This document shows, one piece after another, positions 21,701-32,300 of a stretch of DNA of 64,000 nt (positions are counted from its first letter, which is position 1; every line of letters begins with the position of its first letter). Source of the DNA: Selaginella moellendorffii (taxonomy: Eukaryota; Plantae; Lycopodiophyta); assembly GCF_000143415.4 (NCBI RefSeq), contig NW_003314349.1:691172-755171 (forward strand), given 5' to 3'. A program made the translations under genes and the position numbers. The notes below the pieces were generated by a model that saw only the letters and a list, made by a program, of their open reading frames with translations, was not told the DNA's origin and did no database searches.

Positions 21701-23836
21701 TCAGATTTCCATATAGTCCTCTTCTTTGTAGTCTTCTTCTTCTTCTTCTGTCTGTTCTGCTGGAAATACCAGCATCAACTTCCTAGAAGCTCTCCGATTT
21801 GATCTAATGACAACAGATGCTGTTGCACCCGACCAGCAGACCTGGTAGGCAGCATCATCTGCGCCACTAACTGCCTCGAGGCGCAGCATGTTCAAAACCA
21901 AAGGATTAGAAAACTCCTTGTCTGGCAAAAGCCGCTGCAAATAAAAACTACTCACTGAAACACACTTTATGAATGAATGAATGCTTACCTCGTTCACAAA
22001 AAGCGTCAGCTCTCGTCCAGCTAGTTTACCAGCCGTGCACTGGATAGTCAAAACAGTTTTCTCCACGGAATCACTGCCTTCTTTGGTGCGAACAGCTTCA
22101 ATCCATGCGCCAAAAACGGGAACCCCGTCCATTTCTTCCTCGTACTGGATGCTTCCCTTCCCTGATGAGTAAACTAGATTCAAAAGACCACGCAATTTAG
22201 GAGAGGGAAAAGTACCTTGGCGCATCAATACTCTTGCAAAGTCCGCCTCTTCTCTTTTAATGTCCGCAAACTTGAGTGCTCCAGTATAGACTGCACCGTC
22301 CATTCTTGCACAGACAATGTCGTGTATCTGTTGAAGGGACGGGTAGTCAAGCGTGTCGGGAACAGTATGGTCCATCTTGAGAGCAATGGTCATCTGGAAA
22401 GGCAGGAACGTCCTCTTTTTCATTACCCCTGCTGTCTCCCCTTGCTTGACCTTGGAAATGCTCCTCTGTGTACGTGCTCTCTTTCGTGCCGACCGGCGAG
22501 GAGCCGTTTCATTCGCTGGAGCGTCTTCCGGAGCGTCTTCCACCATGCACAGGCGTTGCGAATGCTTTGCATTGTCACCCTCCATCTTCACTAGAATAGC
22601 GTGCACTCGGTTCGGCTCCGGCACACCTTCCAGGCCCGACGGAATATCAGGGTGCTCGTTTCTGAACGCCATCAAAGAAGAGCACAAGGCATCGTAGTCA
22701 CACTTCTTCATTGGTCTCTGCTTCGTGGCAATAGAGATCTGGAAAAGGACGAGTGGAGGATACACCGAGTCTATCACAGGGAATGACGTGCTACTGGGTT
22801 GTAAGTAGTAGAGGCCAGGTATTTGCAGATCAAGACTGTTACTGGAGAAATACTTCACTTCCCGCTTCTCCAAATGAAGCTTTCTGGTCGGATCGTCAAT
22901 GCTACAAAAGTCACCACCCATCGAGAGTCGATAATGAGCAACACGTTCGAACAGAACTCCAGCTGCACTCCGCAATGAACGGTTCGCTGCCAAAAATAAA
23001 GTGGACGCGATCCAGTTCTTGATCTGACCATTGAAGCATGCGATTGCAAAACAATCCGCTGCCCACTCCGAAGCAAAGGAGAAATGGTCCACGCGGGTGA
23101 AGTCGAGAGTTGGCCAGGAAACGAAGATCTCGTGTGCCTTCAATAATGTCGCGTTCAGCACCCCGCCATCCACAACTTTCTCGACGGCCGTGAGTTTCTC
23201 GCTGAGGACCTTTATCAAAGGCGTGACGTAGTGCCTTATGATTGGCCCGGCAACGTAATACTTCGCCCAGAACTCCATGTATTCGCCTTCATTCTCGGGA
23301 TCTGAAAAATAGACGGCCTGCAACTCGTCGACAGACCAAGGCGGCATGTAAAGCGTCGTGAACTTGCGTTCCTGCATAGTCTTTTCTGCTTGTATCCACT
23401 TATCTTTCTCGGGTGACGCGAACAAGACCGTGGTTCCGTTCCAAGCCCTGTGCCCAACAAATGCCTCATCAGTAAGAAGCCAAACCCCCGGGCGGTTGTA
23501 ATCCGGTGAATCTTCCGCGTCGCAACTCCCATCCTGCTTGAAGACGAAAGCATTCACGGTGATTCCTACGAGGAGCTCTACTATGACGGCCGTCTCTCCA
23601 TCGTCGAGGAGCCTCCTGAGAACGTACCACAGAAAACACGACTTGCCGATTCCGGGGTCCCCCGAGATGTGGATGTAGCGCTTGCCCACGCTCGCGAGCT
23701 CCCTGATGTCGGTGTAGACGTCGCTATAGCACTCACGAATCCACACTCTATCCTTGTTGGACATAGCAGGGGTATTGAACCAGCTCCCCACCTCCATTGT
23801 CGCCGCCATCGGGACCAAGTCGCGGCCCAGGACCAT
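21701..23836 (-). CDS. Crinkler/RHS-type (CR) protein: P-loop NTPase, PD-(D/E)xK-fold nuclease and unknown C-terminal region
   Basis: 711-codon ORF. NTPase motifs: IRECY, Walker A GDPGIGKSCFLWY, Walker B WLLTDE, VLFASP, YMPPWSVDEL, GPIIR, FASEW. Nuclease motifs: AGVLFERVAH...YYLQPSSTSFPVIDSV..LVLFQISIA. Basic patch PRRSARKRAR. Probable in-frame 54-nt intron at 21935-21988. Confidence 0.88.
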   Translation of the reverse strand: MVLGRDLVPMAATMEVGSWFNTPAMSNKDRVWIRECYSDVYTDIRELASVGKRYIHISGDPGIGKSCFLWYVLRRLLDDGETAVIVELLVGITVNAFVFKQDGSCDAEDSPDYNRPGVWLLTDEAFVGHRAWNGTTVLFASPEKDKWIQAEKTMQERKFTTLYMPPWSVDELQAVYFSDPENEGEYMEFWAKYYVAGPIIRHYVTPLIKVLSEKLTAVEKVVDGGVLNATLLKAHEIFVSWPTLDFTRVDHFSFASEWAADCFAIACFNGQIKNWIASTLFLAANRSLRSAAGVLFERVAHYRLSMGGDFCSIDDPTRKLHLEKREVKYFSSNSLDLQIPGLYYLQPSSTSFPVIDSVYPPLVLFQISIATKQRPMKKCDYDALCSSLMAFRNEHPDIPSGLEGVPEPNRVHAILVKMEGDNAKHSQRLCMVEDAPEDAPANETAPRRSARKRARTQRSISKVKQGETAGVMKKRTFLPFQMTIALKMDHTVPDTLDYPSLQQIHDIVCARMDGAVYTGALKFADIKREEADFARVLMRQGTFPSPKLRGLLNLVYSSGKGSIQYEEEMDGVPVFGAWIEAVRTKEGSDSVEKTVLTIQCTAGKLAGRELTLFVNEVSIHSFIKCVSVSSFYLQRLLPDKEFSNPLVLNMLRLEAVSGADDAAYQVCWSGATASVVIRSNRRASRKLMLVFPAEQTEEEEEDYKEEDYMEI

Positions 23837-24139
23837 AAGGTTTGTTGACCTAATTCGGTGGATATGATTGACAGGTACAACTCGCTTCAGTGACAGGTAC
23901 TGTGACTTGCTTCAGCGGCTACTTTGGTTCGCTGCCACGATTGTCCCCAATCGTTGCCTTAAGCAAATCCATGTGCTAAAATTGCTGGGCATATATGTTG
24001 TTCCTTCCAAGCTAGACCAAGGTAAGGAGGTCAATTGAATTTTGCTCTGTTCACATGCGTACCTCTTTCAGCCAATGATGTAACTTTGAAGATCTGGCAA
24101 ATTCATAGTTCAACATTAGATTTGGAGTACCAACAACTC

Positions 24140-24385
24140 CTTGAACTGGTGGAAGATCAGTCACAAAGTCCATTGAGATGCAAGACCAGGGCATAGTTGG
24201 AGCTGGAAGTGGTTGAAGAAGACCATACAGATGGTGTTGAGGAAACTCGGACCAGGCGCAAATGTCGCAGGTGTGGATAAACTCTTCCATAGACTGACAA
24301 AGATGAGGCCACCGACCAATTCCACTGTTTTCATAATGCCAAAGTGCCCAGCAACTGGAGTCTCATGATGAGACTCTGACAATCC
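24140..24385 (-). mobile_element. Ty3/Gypsy integrase fragment
   Basis: HHETPVAGHFGIMKT ... HTCDICA ... GLLQPLPAPTMPWSCISMDFVTDLP: the HHCC zinc finger and start of the rve domain, frameshifted. Confidence 0.9.
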
Positions 24386-24899
24386 ACCTCACACAAGTAC
24401 GGATACAGTCTAATGTGGGTTAAAGGCTAAACCACGTTTTAGGGTTCTACAAATCTTCTTCTGCAAATTCAACTCCTAGTTGTACCTTGGCAATCCTTGC
24501 CCACAACCCCACGCAATGGCGCCTATGACCCTGGTGGGCACAACTAGCCATAATTGACCTAAAAACGTTTCCATTCACACTTGCTTTGTTCCCAATTTCT
24601 AGAGGTAAACAATCAATTCAACTTCATATTGATTCAAAATCATTCAAGATCCCCTATGGCTTGATGAGGTGTAAGAATTCCATGAAAAAGATTATTTTTG
24701 TGCAGATGATTTAGATTAAATCAAATGAAAATATAACTCCTTTTTTTCACTTTCATTTATTTTTCGTTGTATATATTATAGAAGGATGTGAATAAGTTTT
24801 TAAATGGTGAGAAGAAGGGGTGATAGAGTGTATTTTTGGTGATTTTCCAACAAAAATTGTGATCTGGAGATTTAAAATGACCCAAAAACACAAGCTTTT

Positions 24900-26700
24900 T
24901 ATCATTAATCAAGTATATTTTCTTAACAGAATATAATTACTAACTTCTTGACATAGATATTGGTGTGAATATGGAAAACAAAATGCTTGTGAAACATCCT
25001 CTACAATTGCTAAATCTACACCAAAGTCAGGACTTGGAAATAGACCAAGTCAAAGTTCTAACAAGCAAGGTTGCCTTTGCAATTTTTTGGTCAAACAGTT
25101 TTACAAATGGCTTGATTATGTGCAGATTATGTATTATCATAGAGAGCATTGTGATAAGAATGGGATTCTTTATCATGGTCAACTTGAACTAAGTGGAGGA
25201 AAGTCATTATTCTTTTAGAAGCTTCCAGCAAATATTCGACATTAGGTGATTCATATGATCTAGCAGGATTTCATATCAAATCAGATTTATAATAAGCATA
25301 TACAAATTGTGGGAAGAAATAAATCAGCTCGTGAACCTCCTTGTCAAGATGATTTTCTAACTATGTAAGATATCAACAATCTGTATAGAAAGTATTTGCT
25401 TTCAATTTATTGACTATATAAGAATGATGTATAGAGTGTATGTATTTGGAAGAACACAAATCTTGAGAAAGTATTTTTCCTGTTTTACCATAGAAATTCA
25501 CACAACTTAGCAACTGCAAAAGATGGTGGATTTTGCAAATAATAATTTGTTGAGTCTTGATACAATTTTTGCAACTAATCGCTATAAGTTAAAATTTTCA
25601 TTTATTTTTAAGTGAACAATATTTAATAGTTTACGGTTCCCATTATACACTATGCTTGTTTTTTGTTATTATGGAAATGGTATTTCAATTGTATGAGTTT
25701 TAACTTTTAGTGAGAAAGGAAAACATATAAAGAATTGGATAATAGCTCTTTAAAAACGAGTTTTAGAACACATGCTAGATTAAATTATATCATATCAAAT
25801 TAATTACTTTATAGCATTAATCTCTACTTGAACACCATCAATCATTATTGCAACTTTTTTTTAATAGAGATACAGTTGATTGTCAAATTCTATTATGTAT
25901 TTAGCATGTAAGGAAGAATTGGCTCAAACATATTATTCATAAGGTGAAATCTTGGGATATCAGGATAGAAATATGAAAATGTCTTGGAGATATTATGTAT
26001 TATTTAATTCACGCAGCTTTTCACAATAACAATATTATACAAGCTGAGATTAAACAACTTATTGAATATTTTGAAATGGATTTTCAAAAAGAAGTAGCTT
26101 TTATCAAGTATTTTCAAGATGAATGGAAGGACAAAGTTGATAAGTGAATTAATATTTTGATTTTAATAATTTATTTTAATTTATATTTGATAGATATGTG
26201 GGTTGTTGCTACTCAAAATTTCCCTCATGCTACCAAGGAGACAAATAGTTCAATTGAGGTATTCCATGCAAATATAAAAGCTATACTCTCATCCAAAAAA
26301 AATACATACTCATAATTAAATGATGGATTAGGCAATTCATCAATTTACTACTAAGGTTTATGGAAGGTACTGGTTTATTAGTTATTACAAATATCATGGT
26401 TTTATTCAAAACCATGCATACAAAAAATTAATCAATGGTGTGATTGTTAAATCAAGAAATATTAACGACTTTCAAATAAAATTTGATAAGGACAATACTT
26501 GCAAATTTTAGTACAATCCTCTTTAAATCCAGCTATATAGTATTTTGTTGTTGGAGATGAAGGACATAGTGATTGGGATTTTTTAACTTGGTGTAATTAT
26601 CTGTGTGCAACTAAAGAAAACTTTTGCAAGCATCAAGCAAAAATTATTATGTTAAAACAAGGAGAAAAAATAACTGGACTATAATTAATTATGAGGTTCA
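24900..26700 (+). mobile_element. Degenerate MULE-like transposase with SWIM zinc finger
   Basis: FIKYFQDEWKDK, ETNSSIEVFHANIK (TNN.xE.xH motif) and WCNYLCATKENFCKH (SWIM-like). Many stops; AT-rich. Confidence 0.65.
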
Positions 26701-26844
26701 ACCATCACAATCACATGCAATCTTAAAACCTCTGTTAGATGACTTATTTTATTGTCATCAAGATTTTGAAGCACTTGACTTGGAAGTTATGATATAGATA
26801 TTTCACTTATTAATTAAAATTTTGAAATACTTATAAAATTTTGA

Positions 26845-27357
26845 GTAGGAAAATATTTATTAAAATGTTTATCATGAGTAAGTAATTCAGTTGGAGACTA
26901 TAATAGAGGTAAACTAGCATATTTTATATATTAATATATATGAATATTGAGTAGGAAGATATCTATCGAAATGTGCAGCATCAACAAGAAATTCAACTAA
27001 GGACTACTATAAAGGTAATTTACACTAAACAAATTTTAAATATTGATATGAACTTTGAATAGGAAAATATCACTCTATCAAAAGTTATAAAAATGATATT
27101 GTAGGAAAATATTTATTAAAATGTTTATCATGAGTAAGTAATTCAGTTGGAGACTATAATAGATGTAAACTAGCATATTTTATATATTAATATATATGAA
27201 TATTGAGTAGGAAGATATCTATCGAAATGTGCAGCATCAACAAGAAATTCAACTAACGACTACTATAAAGGTAATTTACACTAAACAAATTTTAAATATT
27301 GATATGAACTTTGAATAGGAAAATATCACTCTATCAAAAGTTATAAAAATGATATTG
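26845..27357. repeat. 256-bp near-perfect tandem duplication
   Basis: GTAGGAAAATATTTATTAAAATGTTTATCATGAG... starts at 26845 and again at 27101. Confidence 0.92.
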
Positions 27358-29129
27358 CAGCAAAAGATGATGAATATCTTACAAAATCTTCTTGGTGAAG
27401 AAGCTTTTTTATCTAGTGGGCTTTAGAGTTTAGGGTTTATAAATGTATGAGGGTGACTCTCAGCTTTGATCTATCAAATGCAAGTCTACTGAGTTTGTTT
27501 GTTTAGTAAGAACATTACCACATGGGTGCACAAGCCTTTGGCATGACTTGAACCTTAGACCTTTTTTATCAGATTCTATACACTAACCACAAAACCACTT
27601 ACCAGGTGGTTGTGATGGAACCATCCTAATCCCACTTGAAGATTGTAGTCCGTCACAGAGTGGTGGGATCACTCCCATTGATCATGTGACTGAGTTGAGT
27701 ATGGTAAACCATGCTATACCATGATCAAGTCAGGGTTCTGCCTCAAGGCAGGGTGTTTTGTTAGGGTTGCATTAGCAAGCCTAATCCCCATGTTTGGGTT
27801 TGCAAGTGTGTGAGGGCGACTATCAGCTTCGATTGATCCAATGCAAGTCTACTGAGCTTGTCACACATTGTGTGCCTCCAGAAAGCCCTTAATTAGTACC
27901 AGTATTTACCCTGGTCTTCAATTCACCCACGGCATCAAAAGCTTTCTTTTGTTCATGGAGAACTCCATCATTACATTCTACAAGAAAGTGACCAAGAGCA
28001 TTTCTTGCTCCTCCGGGATTTATTCTATAAGCACTTACATTCCCTAAATTATAGAATAAATCCCGGTTCAAGGTTCGAGTCATGCCAAAGGCTCATGCAC
28101 TCATGGTTTAAGACCTCTTCAGCAAATGCCCTCGTAGCAAATGCCTTGTTCTGACTTGGCCAAATCTTGCCAAGTCTTAAGGCCATGCGGAGGTTACTAG
28201 CCAGCCTTAAGTCTTAGTCTGACACAACTACACTAGCTCTAAGCAACTAAGAGAGAGATCATTGGACAAGAATAGGTGCCTCGAGATCTAGTGATAAGTC
28301 CCATTGAGACTTGAGTGATTCCATTACAACTAGAAATGGAAAAAGATCTAATTGGTACATAATTGGCCCTTAATAGGACCCCTACCTTACATGAAATAGA
28401 AAAAGCTTAGAAAAGAATGGAGCGATCAAAGAATAATGTGCAAACTGAAGTGAATAATCTTGTAAGTAATAACTGTGTCGACTCTAACTACTCCGACTTC
28501 TAAACTTGTATTTGCTAGCTCTTGCAAGCTTGAGCAAAAGTTGAGAAAGTTTAATGTGACAACACTACCCTTCCACTCAGTTTGAGTCTCTACAAAACCA
28601 ACTTTGGATGAAGCCAACCAAACTTTACAAGACTAAACTATTTTTCCCTATTGAGATCAATGAAAGTTAAACTTCCATAGTGTGTCCTCCTTTGGACCAC
28701 ACCCAAGTTGCCATTGGGTCTGCCATGACTTCCATGCCACACAAGTTGCATTTCCAAACAAAGTGTCTTACCTTTCCTTCGTCCCATCTACCAAGCAAAC
28801 ACAGGCATGTACAACATGAGAGGGGCCATACTTGGACACCAGGGTGTCACCCACCTTTATCTCAATATGAGTTCTCCTACTCAGGTTTCCACTACACCAG
28901 TTTCAAGTAGTTAGTTTCTAGGAGCCTAGCTAGCAACTTGTGCTACAGCTAGAGAGACACTCAACTTACTTGTCACAACAAGTCATCGATCCTTAAATAT
29001 TGTAACTGGGGACCTCCCCTTTACGTAATCACAACCCTACAACCTTACTTTAAAGGTGGCTACAATGTGGATTCATCTAACTTTGTAGGAACTCTTAGGA
29101 TCATACATCTAGTGTTCTTATTATATTTC

Positions 29130-31170
29130 GCTCAGTTTTAAAGAGATTTATGGTGATAAAAGCATCCATTTTGATTGCACTTTATTTGGGTCAAAGTGGC
29201 TTCTCCAAATGAGCTGATTTTGTAAAGAATCAAGTTGCATACAAACATTTTTCTTTTGCATTCTCCTCTATTTTCACCAATTAAATTTGGAGGTTTAAGA
29301 TTTTGGCATGGATTTGAAGAATTGCTTGTGTAGGTGTTTAGATTTGGTCATGAGGATTCTGAAGAATGCTTTTTGATGAAAGAAGTTGAGAGATCTTTCA
29401 CCTTTTTTCATGATTCAGTTCTAGAGTTTTGAAAGTGAAAGTTTCTGAGTATTCTTTGAAATTTCTTTTGTGGGTCTTTCCTTTGCTTCCTAGCTTTCAT
29501 AGAAGTCCTCCTTATTTGCAAAGGAATTCATAAAGAATTGTGAGTTTTGGTGCTGCTTATCTTATATATTATACACTTATGAAAAGTTTCATCATTTGTT
29601 TTTGAGTGTATTGCAAGGAAAGCTTTCTACCATGTGTTTGCATGCAAGATTTGATGCAAGTTTGTGGATTTTGGAGCAATTCACCACTTATACTCATTTA
29701 TTTGAGTACAAAGAGTGGTTTCAGTTGCTTTCACTCAATTTTGAGTGGTTGTGGTGATGAATAGTTAAATGAAGCAAAGGTGATGGATCCCAAAAACAGG
29801 TGAGGACTCACCAAGAAACTGTAGAGCTCACATACAAAATGAGTTGATACAACCTCATGGCTAAAACCCAATCTGGAACTCATAGTCTAAGGTAGCAAAG
29901 CTTGAAAATAGAAGAGGAGAGGTGAAAAAAGTGGAGAAAAGGAAAAAGAAAGAAAAAGGAAAGAAATCTCCACATGATTGCTTTGAGGTGGTGATAATTG
30001 TGAGCATATGGAAGCTCACAACTAGTCTCATCTGTGAGCATGTAGGAACCACCCTCCACCTGGCATTGGATGAAGTAGAGGCCAAGCCACCACGGAAAGA
30101 ACTTAGAGGAGGGAGTGAACTCTTCGAGAAAAATGAGTTTCCCAGGAGAAAAGAAGATTGAATTAGAAACTTTGGAGTTAATGGTCACCATGAGCTTGTG
30201 CTTTGTAGCAAAAAGATGCTTAACTATGGCCCTACACTGCTTATCAAGGGCAAGGATCTCCATGTCATAAGCATGAAGCTTGGCTGTGTTGGAAAGTTGG
30301 AAGTCTATAGCATGGCACAAAGATAGTGCAAGTGATGGAGCTCCACTAGAACAATCTTATAGACTAAGGAGAAGAGAGTCACATAAATTGAAAGATGTTT
30401 GAAAGGCCCAAAGTGGTGCTTATGTCCACAAGCTTGTAGAGATAAAAACATGAATATCTCAAGCTCTGCAGCACCAAAAATTTTGAGTATGAATGCGTCA
30501 GAAAGCCCAACTATGACCACAAAAAGAGACATCTGTGAAAAAGAGTGAAAATGGCCAAAACCACTTTATATACTTAAAATAGATAAATACAAGCCAAACT
30601 CCTTAAATTGGCGTCAAATCTCATATGCAAGCATATGGTAGAAAGTTTTGGAGGATATCTATCTAAGATGCTCAAGAAAGATGGAAATGGTGATGAAACA
30701 AAAAAGAACAAACCCCTCAAATTTGTAGTTGTGGAGTGTATGACATAAATAACACCAAAACACACAATTCTATGTGAATTCCCTTGCAAGAAAGGACTCC
30801 TATGAATGCTAACAAGCAAAGGAGAGACTCACAAAAAAATTTCAAAGAATGCTTAAGAAATTTCACTCTTAAAGCTATAAAACTCAATTGTGAAAATAAA
30901 AGAGAAAAGAGTGAAAAAAAGTGAAAGATCTTTCAACTCTTTACACTCTGCTCATCAAAAAAGCACTCTTTGGAATCTTTATGACCAAATCTAAATACCC
31001 ATACAAGCAATTCTTCAAATCTGTAACCTCCAAAAATAAGTGGTGAAGATAGAGGAGAATACAAAAGAAAAATGTTTATATGCGGTTTGATTCTTAGAAA
31101 CCACTTCAAACTAAATAAGGCACAATCAAAATGAATGCTTCTATCACCATAAATTTTTTTGAAACTGAGT
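29130..31170. repeat. Diverged inverted repeat pair (about 29130-29670 and 30600-31170)
   Basis: CTCAGTTTTAAAGAGATTTATGGTGATAAAAGCATCCATTTTGATTG at 29131 matches the reverse complement near 31120-31170. The inner ends match at about 29630-29670 and 30600-30645. Confidence 0.75.
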
Positions 31171-32127
31171 GAAATAAAAAAAAGCTTTAGATTTATAATT
31201 TTGTGCTTCAAATTTGTGCAAGAGGGAGCTCTTATTAATCTCAATGATCCCTCAAACATGAATTAGCCACTAGAACCCCAAAAAATCTCTTTACCCATCA
31301 AGTAATTTATATAAAAAAAAAGCTACACTAGTTTGTTATGTTAGGTTCACCATTTGTTAGGAGATGAGGGTCTCTATCTCTCTAACATAAGTTTTTCATG
31401 CCTCCATCACAAACTCAAGCTCTTTTCAATTGCCTTTCTTTTGCCCTTGCTCACTTGCAGAGCTTTTATATAAAGAAAAAAGAATATTCTAGAAATCAAA
31501 ATATTCCGAATGCTCTATATGTCCCATATTGATATTTAGTGTGGGGCAAATTTGCATTCACTATCACTAAGAGGTGTGAATCCATTTGGTTCACTTGAAA
31601 TAAATAAAATTGAGGGACACGTATAAGGTTAGGTAGGAATAGTAACCTTTGGAAATTCATTGTAACACCATCCATCCATCCACAAAATCACAGAGTAATT
31701 GCTAAACTTTGTGGACTAATTGCAAATGTTAGATAACTTGGTAAATATGTCAATTTCAAGAGAACAAGATAAGCTAGTGTGCTCTTGGAGCTTCTGTTTG
31801 ATCAACATAAGGTTCACATCTTTTAGCTAAGCATTCAATAGGAAATAAATATTTTATTATCTTCAAGTGTTCATGGCTTTGTGCTTATAATAGTGCTTGT
31901 TGGATTCAACTCCCATGCTTGCACTCTATTTTTTATCTATTATCTGGAAAGTTTCTTCTTTTATTTCTTTTACAAAGTTAAATTTCTCAGCTTGTTTGCG
32001 ATCAACAAATATCCCTAACATTTATTTAAAAAATTCTTAAATCTTTGGCCTCTGACGATAGCATTACAAAAGTATAAATCACTTGATCCAATTACATGGT
32101 TCAGGTTGATTGGCTTGGTACTTCATT

Positions 32128-32281
32128 NNNNNNNNNNNNNNNNNNNNNNNNNNNNNNNNNNNNNNNNNNNNNNNNNNNNNNNNNNNNNNNNNNNNNNNNN
32201 NNNNNNNNNNNNNNNNNNNNNNNNNNNNNNNNNNNNNNNNNNNNNNNNNNNNNNNNNNNNNNNNNNNNNNNNNNNNNNNNN
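32128..32281. other. Assembly gap
   Basis: Run of N. Confidence 0.99.
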
Positions 32282-32300
32282 ATTAGGGTTTTTGGTAGGC

